This document shows, in pieces, positions 26,901 to 37,570 of a stretch of 64,000 bases of DNA. The DNA is from Octopus bimaculoides (Eukaryota). Below the pieces are notes generated by a model that worked only from the letters and a program-made list of their open reading frames with translations, made no database searches and was not told where the DNA came from. The translations under genes and the position numbers were made by a program. Position 1 is the first letter of the stretch; the number at the start of each line of letters is the position of its first letter. The stretch is taken from contig NC_069004.1 of NCBI RefSeq assembly GCF_001194135.2, positions 1,827,398-1,891,397 on the forward strand, read 5' to 3'.

Positions 26901-29900
26901 GCTTTTATTTAACGACTTGTTTCTGTGTTGTCTTTTGTCTAATTTGTTTTTATTGTTTTAAATACACCACCTAATTAACAGAAATTAGCCGTATCTCCCA
27001 ACTGCTATACATTTGTGTCTGACTGGTTGCTACACAGTCTACACAATTACTTAAGCTCTCTACTCCACTGACTGCCAACAACTTTTCTTCATTGTTTTCA
27101 ACCCTGGGCCACCCTCTCCCAGGTCTTGTTGGTTTTGAATTGTCATCAATAACTATGCTTGTTAGAGGTGTTGGCACTATGCAAACCCATTTTCACCTCT
27201 GAGAAGAAGTGGTCCCTATTAGTCTAGTCTCTATCCTTTGACCTGTCCAGCAAGGGAGGTCATACCAGGAGTGTGCACTCCACTGGCATAGCTGCTATGA
27301 GAAGTGGATTTGGCTTACACAAAAAGACACAGGCATTGCTGTGTGGTTAAGAAGCTTGCTTCTCAACCACCCAGTTCCAGGTTCAGTCCCACTGCATGTT
27401 ACCTTGGACAAATGTCTTCTGTAGCCATGGGCCAACCAAAACCTTGCGAGCAGATTTGGTTGATGGAAACTGAAGAAAACCCATCGTGTGTGTGTGTGTG
27501 TGTGTGCATACATGCATGTATGTGTGAGTGTGTGTGTCAAAGTGTCTTGTCTTGATATCCTATTATTGCTGGAAACGAGTGTCACCTTCATGCAGCAGGT
27601 GTGTCCTTCATTTCCATTCTTCCATGAAAACATATCCACCCTCGAGGAAATATTACGTTGCTTGGAAACAAACGAAGGTTGTTGACAGGAATGGCATCCA
27701 ACCATATAAAATCTGTCTCTGCATGCATGGAAAAGTGGACATTAAAATGATGACACAGATTTAATGTGACCACATAATGATGACACATATTTAATGTGAC
27801 TGTTTTATATGTTTTACAGTTAAGAATGACTCCATTATACTTCAGTTGTGGTTGATGTTTTTATTTGTTGTTTTTTTCTCTCTTCCTTGTGCTTCTTTAC
27901 TTAAATCACCAAATTATCTGATTTAACAGATCGAGCTAAACTTTGGACCGCTCAAATAAGATACCCTTTTGATAACATCTACTGTTCTGACCGGTTCTTT
28001 CTTAATCTCTGCTATGTGATGTTGAAACTTTGTCAGCCATTTTGTAAAAACATTTCTTCGAAAATATTCAAAATCGACCCAACATACATGACTGCTGTGG
28101 TAACAAGTGATGAGGATGCGAAAAAGAGGAACATCCATGCTAAAGGTAAGACAAAATGGTGTTGAGATTCAACTCAAATATTTAATATTTCTAAGTTCAT
28201 ATATAGCAGCTTTGTAATGGTTTTACTGACATGTGAAGAATTCTCTGGATAGGAGCAAGTGTGGCTGTGTGGTTAAGAAGCTAGCTTCCCAACCACTTGC
28301 TTCTGGGTTCAGTCTCACTGCATGGCATCTCCTCCAGTTGTCTGAACTGTTCTGAGACTTTAAATAAACCTTCTGTCTGATTAACTAAACAAATATTCAT
28401 CATAGTACCTTCACACCCTGATACTGCTTTCATAATGTCACAGCTATTCCTAACAGACCTGCAGTTTTTCCCTGATCTTCATGAAGGTTTGCGCTCTCTG
28501 AGTGCTCTTGTTCACATTATTTTCAATTAATTATGCACGATCTAATAGCTTTGAGATTTCGATGATGCAATTGTATATATTTAGAAGGGTAGGTGTGAGA
28601 GGCTGGATCTGGCCAGTTTGAATATAAAACAGAATATTTGGTCCAGATACGACTCATTTAAATGCAAAACTGTTAAACCAAAACACTGCTTTTACTTCAT
28701 GATTCCTTAAATAATGGCCAAATAATCTGGTTTCTGTTTGTTGCGGGGCAGGGTGCTAAATAGAGCCAACCAGTCTTTCATCACTTTGTCCATTTTAGTT
28801 GTCTTTTCTGTATATATATCTGTCAATGTCTAACATCCAGTTAATTACATTTTACTTGCTCAGATTTAATGAAATTAACCTGCTTAATTTCAAAGCCCGA
28901 ACATGAAGAAGATCTGGCGTCGTCAAGCAACCAAACGTACAATTTTATCACAGAATGTTTCTATTTAACTCACTTTTGTTTGATGCTTGGATTTCAAGTA
29001 CTCAATGATAAGTTTATGCGTCTCAGCCAAGAGTTGCATCGAATTCAGCGTACCTATGCCGAAGCACACGAACAAGAAGGAGAAAATGGAATGCCTCCAA
29101 GTATCAAAGAGCAGTTGGAAATTGGTAAGTATATCGATTCTATTTACAGGTGCAGGCATGGCTGTGTGGTGAAGAAGTTTGCTTCCCAACCGTGTGGTCT
29201 TGGGTTCAGTCCCAATTGTATAGAAGCAGTCCTCTGCTATAGCCCCAGGCCTACCAAACACTTGTAAGTGGATTTGATAGATGGAAATTGAAGGAAGCCT
29301 GTTATTAATGTGTGTGTGTATCCCCATATCTAGATATCTTGTTGTGGTTGTAAATGAGCATCATTGTTATGCAAGCTAGGTTGTTCATTCCCAAGTCTTC
29401 CATGGAAAACATGTCTGGCCATGGGCAAATATTATCATGTTTGGAAACAGATGAGGGTTGGCAACAGGGAGGGCTTCCAGCCATAGAAAATCTGTCTCAA
29501 TAAATTCTGTCTAACCCATGAGAGTTTGAAAAAGTGGACATTGAATGACAATGATGACGACAATGAGGTAACAGCAGTGATGGTGGTGCAAGAAATGATA
29601 TGCAGGTAAATCATCGGAGAAACTTCATTTATTTACAAAGAAAGAAATGCCAAAACTGGCCCCCAGCGATTATATTTAGTCTAAGGAATATTCTTTTACT
29701 GCTCATGCATTATCTTGCAGCTTCAAAGTTTTGACAATGTGATTATTTATTTTTAGAATGACATTGTTGGGTAGGTGTGAGAAGCTGGATCTGGCCAGTT
29801 TGAACATAAAACAGGCAGAAAATTTGGGGCTGGATATGGTTTAAACATTAAAGGGTTAATATTATTATATCTTTTGCAGGTGTGACAATATTCCTGAGTT

Positions 29901-32900
29901 TGAAAGCAGCACTTACTGAACCCCAACTTCTTGACATGTCTCTTCAATTCCATATCACAACAGCAGTCTGGCTCTCTCAGATTGCTGTCTTCGGCAAGGT
30001 GGACAAAATGAACGCTATTACATTCCCTTTATCAAACAAACCTCCCACAATTTTAGCAACTATCCCGGAAATTACTTTGGACAACTTAACGACTTTCACA
30101 AAGTTTGTTACTCATTATAAACCTGAAACATACCAGGTAAGTTTTTTTTTTTTTAATTTTTTTTATTTACATTAAAGTTGTATGAAAGTGGGAGGACATA
30201 TCGTCTGCTGCTTACATATTTCCATCCATCTATCTATTTTTGCCACCCACTATTCTTGGGAGGGTCATGGAGGGAGAGTCCTCAGGCACCTGCTCCATAG
30301 GGTCCTATCAGTTATTACAGTTGCTGGTTAGATTTCCAAGTCTGACCGACTGAGATTGTGGATATTATCCAACCATCTCATCCTGGGTCTCCATCTAAGT
30401 CTCCTTCCAGTTGGCTCAGTTTGAAGAATCCCTTTTGTGATTCTTCCCTCTGACATTCTAACCAAATGTCTATCTTGGGTCCCTTTTTTTTTTACCAACT
30501 TCTGTTTACATGTTTATATGACGAAGTAGATTTTGTAGATCAGTAATTTCATAAACTTGGGCAATAGTTCCCTATTAAGAATATTCTGAACTCACAAAGG
30601 GGTGCTAGGTGTTTAGAGGAGTCGTAATTTTTTCGTAGAAATAAAATATTTAAACCAGATGCAATATGCCACACCATCACTTACAACAACATGGGTTCCA
30701 GTTAATTCGATCAGCGACATAGCCTGCTCATGCAATTAGCATGCCTGTGGCTAAGCACTCCACCAACCCACATACCCTTAGGGAGATTCAATGTGACGCA
30801 GTGAGTGACAAGACTGGCCCTATGAATCACAGATGCAACTCAGTTTTGTCAGATGAGTGGCCTGGAGCAAAACACATTTTGAAAAAACAAATCTTTGTTG
30901 AGATTACAATCTAAGTAGAACATTGTGTTGTTATCAGTAAATACAAATGTAATTGAGAATGAAGCAATGTTCTCCAATATAATTTCATTATATGAGTCCT
31001 TGCCATGTCTAGTACTTTCCATAAATATTTATCTCAGGGTCATTAGTCTAAGTAAATGTCTTTAAAAAAAAGGCACGTACTGGATGTGATAAAAACCACT
31101 GTGCAAAATTAACTTGAAATAGTGTTTTTTTTATTTTTTATTTTTTTCTGGACTGCTTACATTACACAACTTGCAGTTGGTTATTTACACTGTACAACTT
31201 CCACCATGCTATGTATGTTGAATCACACATTATCATCATCGTCAGCACCTCCCCCTTTTTTTTTAATGCTGGCAGTTAGGAGACGGATGAAGGGATGGAT
31301 GTCAGAACGTTTGTGTTATTGAAGAGAGAGTTCATTGTTCTGTTGTTTTCCATGCCTGATTAACTTTCACTAATTCCTTGCTTTAATTAGAGTGTATACG
31401 TTTGCATATTTTCAGGCAGCTGGTGATCGTTTAGATCACTTGATGACTGTCATCCTTGTTTTTATGGGAAGCCCTGAACGCATGAGCAACCCCCATCTTC
31501 GAGCTTCCTTAGCTGAAAGCCTGTCATCCCTTATACCACCCTCTGAAAACAGACATGGTAATATGATTGGCCTTAACTTGTAAGTTAATCAGGGTTTTCT
31601 TTTTTTTTTCACCTTTGACTTTTCTAAATTAATGTCTTTGGAAGTCGATTTTACATTAACCGTTTTGGTACCAACCCAGCTGAAAGCGCTTCTGGTTCTG
31701 TAGTACAAATGTCTTGTTTTCCTAAGTTCTGAATTAAAATCTTCCACCAAACCTTAGTCACAATTTATGTTCCTAACACTAGGGAGACAGAGACAGGTGT
31801 CTTGCAGTAGAAGTCATGGATGAACTCCTCTTGTAGTCATTTTCATTTTCATTTTCATATTCAACACACATCTGGCTGTCGACACTCAACCTAATTATAT
31901 TTCATTCTCCATATCCCAGGTTTTATGAAGGTAAAATTTTCCGCACACATTACCTTGCCAAACACGTTGCTGAAATGTTACTTCATGTTTTTGTGAGTAT
32001 CGAAATGACGGGACAGAGCGTCGCATTTGAACAGAAGTTTAATTATCGTCGACCAATGTACGCAGTATTGGAGTACATTTGGGAAATACCGCTCCATCGA
32101 GAAGCTATTAAGGTCTTCGCAATTCTTTTCTTTCCCATCAATTTCTTCATCCTTTGTTCTACTCTCACAGCCTTGCCTCTGCTTTCTGTTTCTTCTTTCT
32201 TCCCGCTCTGTCTGTGTGTGTATCTCTCCCTCTCTCTCTCTCTGTGTATATGTCTTTATCTTTCTTTTTGTGTTGTTCTCTGTATGTCTATCTTTATTTC
32301 TCTCTCCTTCTATATATCTATACCTCTATTTCTTTATATATCTATGTCTATCTCTCTTTATATCTGTGTTTATCTCTCTCTATTGCTCCCTGTATCTCTC
32401 TCTCTCACAAACACACCAGCTTCCTTTACTTTTATCTTCCATTCCTATCACCTGTTTCCAATCACTCTTTAACCGTCATTAACCCTGTTCTTTCTTATTG
32501 TAGGAATTGGTTGCATATGCAGAGGAGAACATAGAAGCTCCCAATGCCCCCCTTTTTTTGCGTTTCATCAACTTACTCATCAACGATGCCATCTTTTTAC
32601 TGGATGAAGCCTTATCTGTGAGTAAACCCCAGCATTTCCCTTCTACTGCTCCCTTCCTTCTCCTCACTCCAGTCAGTAATCTTTACAGCTTGCAGGTTAT
32701 ATATCGAAGCTTACTTAAAAAGCAAGGCAACCGTGAGCAACTGTTGGATAACGTTGTTAGATAACGATGCTTCTTTAATGACTACTCAAACTCTACTGCA
32801 AATTATGTTGTACCCCATGGTAACATATCAGACAAAATGTCTTGTAATATTTCTTCTGGCTCTTTATGTTCTGAGTTCAAATCCCTCTAAGGTCAGTTGT

Positions 32901-35732
32901 GCCTTCTACGCCTCCAAGGTCAATAAAGTTAAGTACTGGTCTGGCATGACGTTTGCTGGCTTTTATGTTCCAAGAGTTCATCAGCTCCAGAACTCCAGAT
33001 TTTTACGTTACCGGAATAAACCTGTAACTCGTTGGCAAAAATGTGTTGATTGTAATGGTTCTTTGATGAATAAAATTTCCACATTGTTGAAATCTATTGG
33101 GATGAATTTCATGTCCCAAAACGTTGCTTACATTTTACACAGCCTGATATATCTATATCTCTCATCTGTTGTCCATGCTGGCATGGGTTAGACGGTTTGA
33201 CCAGGGCTGGAAGGCTGCACCAATGTCTCTATATCTCTTATTTCTGTCTTACCTGTATCTTTTATCTCTTAACTGTATCTTATCTATATCTCTTAATCTG
33301 TTGTGCAGTACATGATGCAAATTAAAGAGAAACAACAGGAAGAGGAAGCAGGGATGTGGACAGAGTTATCGGACGAGCAACAACAAGAGCAGACATCAAA
33401 TCTCCGTCAGATTAGCATGTTGGCGAGATACCACAACATAATGGCTAACTCTACCATCCAGGCCATAGAATTGCTGACCACAGACATCAAGTCCATCTTT
33501 ACCCATGATTCAATGGTCACCAGGATCTCGGAGATGTTGAATTATTTCCTTGTGCACCTGGTAAGTGTGGAGTGAATCAACAAAGATGAATGAAGCGACG
33601 GCAACCAGCAGCAGCTGCTGTTGTGGTGGGGGTGGGGGGATTGTGAGAGTGGATGGTGAAATGATGAATTTGTGGTATGTAAGTAGCAGAACTGATGGGT
33701 TTTTTTCAATAAATTCAGTCTAAAATATAATATATGAAGAGGACCATTCTATGTAAATTGTTTTTCATTCTTACAGAGAGACACCTGTTTCTGTCTCTCA
33801 GTCTTACAATAACCTTTCATCATTTGACACAAGATCCCCTCCCCTCTCAAAGGATCTTTGTCTTGCAATTTACATGGTGGCCCTGCCGGTGCTGGTGCCA
33901 CATAAAAAAGCACCCAGTCCACACTGAAAAGTGGTTGGCGTTTGGAAAGGCATCCAGCTGTAAAAACCTTGCCAAAACTGACCTCATCTGTGCTGGCGCC
34001 ATGTACAAATCACTCAGCCCACTCTGTGAAGTGTTGGTGTTAAGAAGGGCATCCAGCCGTTAAAACCCTGCCAAAACAGACACAGACATTTGGTGGAGGC
34101 TCCCACCTGGCCAGCTCCCGTCAACCTGTCCAACCCATGCCAGCATGGAAGGAGGATGTTAAACGATGATGATGATGTATTTCAATGTCCACACACACAT
34201 TCAAGCACCGTACAGACTGGGCCGAAGTGCAGGAGGCTCGCTTGTAAAAGAATAAAAGATATCTTACCACAACACTTTCAGGGTTCTCACATATCCAGAC
34301 GAGTAAATTATGAAGAAATGTTTTAGGTTTTAAGGAGTCATTTTAATTTTTTTTCTGTTTTTTAGGTTGGCCCAAAACAGAAGAATTTTAACGTGAAAGA
34401 CAAGAACGAATATGAATTTAAACCACAGCAAATCGTCTCTAATATCTGCAAGACTTACCTGAACCTTGCTGAAGATGAGAAATTCTGTTTCTCTGTTCTC
34501 TCAGATGGTCGTTCGTATTCTGAAAGCTTGCTGATTAAAGCAAAGCATATCTTGCATAAAATTGGCTGGTCTCAGCAAGACATTGAAAGCTTTGAGGCTT
34601 TGGATCAGAAAATCAAAGTAAGTTCATTTCTTTTTTTATCTTTGATGATTTATTTATTTCAGTCAGTGAACTGTGGCCAGGTTGGGGCACTGCCTTGAGG
34701 GGGTTTTGTCAAACAAATTGACCCCCCAGTTATCAAGTGGTGTGGTGGGGGCACAAATACAAACACATACTGGTGACACGTTGAAGGCACCGGGTACACT
34801 CTCCTCTCTGGAATGGTCAGTATTAGGAAGGGCATCTGGCCATAGAAACCAAACCAAAAGAGACTGGAACTTGGCGCAGCTCTCCAGCCCCAGTCAAAAC
34901 ATCTAATTCATGGAAAATGATGATATATATATATATATATGTATATAAACACTTGACAGAAAACATTCAGGATGGGTGGAGCACTTTAACTTTGTGTCCC
35001 AGTGTAACGTTCCTGTGGTTGTAGATGTATGATCTGGTGGTGGGTTGGGGAAGTCTCTCTTGTTACTTTTCTATGAGTTTAAATATCCTGACATGGTTTT
35101 GCTAAATTCTTATTTCAAGGACTTGGGAGTAAAACAGAAAGAAGAGGATGAAATGTTGTCTGAAGCCCCTGATGAGTTCTTGGACCCTATAATGGGGACA
35201 TTAATGAAGGACCCAGTCATCTTGCCAACTTCACAGAAAACCCTGGATCGAACTGTTATTGCACGACATCTGTTGAGGTAAGTCTGCGAAACCTATCACC
35301 ATCACCATCATCATCGTCATTGTCATCACCATGTGAGTGAGTGTGTGTGTGTGTGTGTATTTACCATATTTTAACGTGTATAAGGAACCCCTAATTTTGG
35401 GGGCTTAAAATTTGGAAAAAGGTTTTGTAAGGGATTATAATATTATCCATGTATAAGAAACTCCCATATTTTTTAACCTAATTTTTGACAAAAAAAGGGT
35501 TCCTTATTCACATCAAAATACAGTATATACACTTGTGCGTTTGTATTGCTTCAGTAAGTGACTCTATTGTTCATGTTATTAAAGTCCATCTGTCTGTCTA
35601 TATTTCAGTGACCAGTCAGACCCATTCAGCCGGAAACCACTGACTATGGACAAGGTCATACCTAATGTGGACTTGAAGGACAAAATCGACCGTTGGTTAA
35701 GAGAAAATCGGAAGCGAATTAAAGAATATTAA
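20757..35732 (+). CDS. UBE4A: Ubiquitin conjugation factor E4 A (U-box E3/E4 ligase, Ufd2 family), full CDS of 17 coding exons, 3111 nt, about 1036 aa
   Basis: Exons 20757-20952, 21661-21743, 22416-22592, 23208-23358, 24380-24591, 25321-25503, 26559-26676, 27930-28145, 28864-29124, 29880-30136, 31416-31579, 31920-32112, 32504-32617, 33309-33560, 34366-34617, 35120-35277, 35609-35732. All introns are GT-AG with matching phases. Motifs recalled from UBE4A: [50 protein letters not shown]-box [40 protein letters not shown] at 35742. Confidence 0.97.
21661..21743 (+). CDS. UBE4A: UBE4A coding exon 2
   Basis: tctttcag|; [28 protein letters not shown]; donor gtttgg. Confidence 0.9.
21812..22030 (+). 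mobile_element. SINE family C with Nin/Deu-like central domain (representative copy)
   Basis: TTCTGAGTTCAAATTCC.CC.AGGTC.ACTTTGCCTTTCATCCTTTCGG.G.TCGATAAA...AGTACC. Other copies at about 19160-19530(-), 32850-32940, 39832-40340(-, three), 40605-40985, 46425-46545(-), 50005-50160, 54805-55000, 55405-55550, 61260-61440, 62675-62880. The superfamily name is from recall. Confidence 0.8.
22416..22592 (+). CDS. UBE4A: UBE4A coding exon 3
   Basis: [11 protein letters not shown]...[19 protein letters not shown]; donor gtaagc. Confidence 0.92.
23208..23358 (+). CDS. UBE4A: UBE4A coding exon 4
   Basis: [28 protein letters not shown]...KTVL; donor gtaagt. Confidence 0.92.
24380..24591 (+). CDS. UBE4A: UBE4A coding exon 5
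   Basis: [11 protein letters not shown]...[18 protein letters not shown]; the phase-0 donor gtcagt is required by the next exon. Confidence 0.9.
25321..25503 (+). CDS. UBE4A: UBE4A coding exon 6 (absent from the ORF track)
   Basis: ttccag|[29 protein letters not shown]...YEFFNNPS...IEANIWK|gtaata. Confidence 0.92.
25560..26030 (-). mobile_element. RTE (Expander/Rex3-like) LINE 3' fragment in a UBE4A intron; shorter sister copy at 30250-30470
   Basis: [27 protein letters not shown]...[20 protein letters not shown]...[17 protein letters not shown]...[13 protein letters not shown]. Confidence 0.85.
26559..26676 (+). CDS. UBE4A: UBE4A coding exon 7
   Basis: [13 protein letters not shown]...[13 protein letters not shown]; donor gtaggt. 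Confidence 0.93.
27328..27750 (+). mobile_element. tRNA-derived SINE family B (representative copy, with RTE-like tail)
   Basis: Head CAGGCATGGCTGTGTGGTTAAGAAG...GTTCAGTCCCACTG, core CCTTGGGCAAGTGTCTTCT...CCAAAGCCTTGTGAGTGGATTTGG. Other copies at about 580-820(-), 2545-2885, 5290-5380(-), 6920-7280, 7740-7880(-), 8270-8600, 17380-17700, 24672-24840, 24855-25075(-), 29150-29550, 40985-41140(-), 41915-42066(-), 47425-47617, 59330-59470. Confidence 0.85.
27930..28145 (+). CDS. UBE4A: UBE4A coding exon 8
   Basis: DRAKLWTAQ...[21 protein letters not shown]...NIHAK; donor gtaaga. Confidence 0.93.
28864..29124 (+). CDS. UBE4A: UBE4A coding exon 9
   Basis: DLMKLTCLI...[19 protein letters not shown]...KEQLEI; donor gtaagt. 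Confidence 0.93.
29670..29859 (-). mobile_element. TTAA-ended (piggyBac-like) MITE fragment; sister copy at 28540-28680; a related TTAACC(C)TTT family at 3480-3750 and 58958-59030
   Basis: Shared block GGGTAGGTGTGAGA.GCTGGATCTGGCCAGTTTGAA.ATAAAACAG; terminus AAAGGGTTAA. Confidence 0.55.
29880..30136 (+). CDS. UBE4A: UBE4A coding exon 10
   Basis: [18 protein letters not shown]...ITFPL...IPEITLDNL...TYQ; donor gtaagt. Confidence 0.93.
31416..31579 (+). CDS. UBE4A: UBE4A coding exon 11
   Basis: [34 protein letters not shown]; phase-2 donor gtaagt. Confidence 0.94.
31920..32112 (+). CDS. UBE4A: UBE4A coding exon 12
   Basis: FYEGKIF...[25 protein letters not shown]...HREAIK; weak donor gtcttc. 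Confidence 0.92.
32504..32617 (+). CDS. UBE4A: UBE4A coding exon 13
   Basis: [38 protein letters not shown]; donor gtgagt. Confidence 0.95.
33309..33560 (+). CDS. UBE4A: UBE4A coding exon 14
   Basis: YMMQIKEKQ...[10 protein letters not shown]...MLNYFLVHL; donor gtaagt. Confidence 0.95.
33870..34170 (+). mobile_element. Headless LINE-type 3' tail repeat ending ...CCCATGCCAGCATGGAA..GGACGTTAAACGATGATGATG
   Basis: Also at about 5870-5930, 23480-23670, 34760-34920, 37570-37650, 54625-54770, 55560-55640(-), 61720-61900(-). The same tail is found on family B SINEs. Confidence 0.7.
34366..34617 (+). CDS. UBE4A: UBE4A coding exon 15
   Basis: [32 protein letters not shown]...DGRSYS...QKIK; donor gtaagt. 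Confidence 0.95.
35120..35277 (+). CDS. UBE4A: UBE4A coding exon 16 (U-box, N-terminal part)
   Basis: [37 protein letters not shown]; phase-2 donor gtaagt. Confidence 0.96.
35364..35523. mobile_element. Pogo/Tigger-like MITE, 160 bp, TA target duplication, in the last UBE4A intron
   Basis: TIRs CCATATTTTAACGTGTATAAGGAACCC and reverse complement CTGTATTTTGATGTGAATAAGGAACCC; TA on both flanks. Confidence 0.75.
35609..35732 (+). CDS. UBE4A: UBE4A final coding exon (U-box, C-terminal part)
   Basis: tttcag|[41 protein letters not shown]. Confidence 0.95.
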
Positions 35733-36229
35733 AACATATTAAATAAAACTAATCTCGATGTCTTAATTTTATGATTATGTGTGTGTGTGTGTGTATAAGA
35801 AAATGGATAAAATTTTACATACAGACGTTTTTATTTAAAGACATTAAAATTCATCCATAGAATTTCCTACCTACGGCTGTTTCCATACCCAATTCTTTAA
35901 TTTCAGAAATAAAATTCCTTATTTGAAACCAGTAAATTGGGTATCCCCTCGGGGAGAATTTCAAAAGGAATTTATTTAACGTGTCGGCTAACCTATGACA
36001 AACTCAGAAGTGTTTGTTTTTTTCTCAACGCAAGCGTTCCGTAGAAATTGTCATTGCCAGGTATATACAAAAATAAACACATTCAATACATCCTTGCTCG
36101 TACCAATACGATACACAATAGTTCATTGATGGTATTATGACAGTTAAGAGACAAAAAATGGTAGATAAAACTAGTGAATAGGTGAGAACATTCATAGCAA
36201 ATTCAACAATGAATTTGGTATGAAGGTAG

Positions 36230-37060
36230 AAGTCTGTTAAGGCTCAATCGTCTTCCCTTTCATAAAAGAGTTCAAGAATGCCTGTTTGTGGGAATTCCTA
36301 TATGCTGGTGATCTACTTCTGAGAGCTGAATCCATAGGAGAATTGGAGAAGAAATTCCAAAAGTGGAAACAAAACCTAGCATCAAGGGGCCTTGAAGTAA
36401 ACTTCTGTCTAAGAAGACAGGACCCTGGTACCATCAAGGAAATGGCTTTGTTAGATATGCAGTACCCCATATACTGTACTTGTGGAAGCATGTGGTTTAG
36501 TGGTTAGGGTGATGGACTCATAATCACAAGATTGTGGTTTCGATCCCTGGACCAGGTGATGCATTGTGTTCTTGAACAAAACACTTCATTTCACGTTGCT
36601 CCAGTCCACTCAGCTGGCAAAAATGAGTAATCCTGTGAAGGACCAGGTGGCGAATATATAAACACTAGAGAAACCAGGAAACTGGCCCTTTATGAGCTGG
36701 GATGACTGGAGAAGGTATTTTTACCTTTTTTTTTATATGCTGTACTCAATGGAAGCTATGAAAATACAAGTGATGGAGTAGAATCACAGGTAGACAAGCT
36801 GAGAGTGCAGGTTTTGCATGTGACAGATAAACTGGAGCAATGAATAACACTTAGAGTGTGTCAGAACTAGATTCCCTGAAATGCTGAGATGGCTTGGTAG
36901 AACTTCCGTTACCTAGGTGACATAATTAACAGTGAAGGGGGCTATTCCAAAAGTATAGCAGCTAAAGTACAAACAGGTTGGAAAAAGTTCAGGGAGTTAT
37001 TACCTCTGCTGGCAACAAAGCCCTTCTTCAGAATGAAGGGCAGATAGTATAATAGGGAGC
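36230..37060 (+). mobile_element. RTE LINE RT relic interrupted by a SINE (36485-36720)
   Basis: WEFLYAGDLLLRAESIGELEKKFQKWKQNLASRGLEVN ... FRYLGDIINSEGGYSKSIAAKVQTGWKKFRELLPLLATK. Confidence 0.85.
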
Positions 37061-37420
37061 ACCGCAGAAATGGTAAATGGTTTACAGCACAAAAGAAATC
37101 ACTTTAAACTTGCTAAAACAATATTCGGGATACCTTATCTCTACTCAGTATAGAAGCAAATGTTATGTAAGATCAAATTTTGAGGATCTGATCAAAGACT
37201 TTGTAATGGAAAAGTAGAAAACTTTTCAAATAAAAATAAAATGGGAGAATAGAAAAATAAACATTATTTTCCATCTGACAGTTTTGTTTCATTTTGAAAA
37301 CTAAAAATTTATTATATAGTTTATTTTTGTTCATATTTTGAATTACATATATATGGGGGCGGGGTATATATGATATGCTTGAGAAGACCTGTTGAGTCAC
37401 GTAAAACAAAAATCTTAACT

Positions 37421-37570
37421 GTGGCCAGTGTCCCCTGACTGGCTCCCATGCCAGTGGCATGTAAAATGCACCATCCGAATGTGGTTGATGCCAGCGCCTC
37501 CTGACTGGCTCCCATGTCGGCCTGTAAAAAGCACCATCCAAATGTGGTTGTTGCCAGTGTCCCCCTGACT
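37421..37570 (+). repeat. Minisatellite of about 63 bp, about 2.5 units
   Basis: Repeated GCCAG.G.C.CCTGACTGGCTCCCATG...GTAAAA.GCACCATCC.AATGTGGTTG. Confidence 0.75.
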
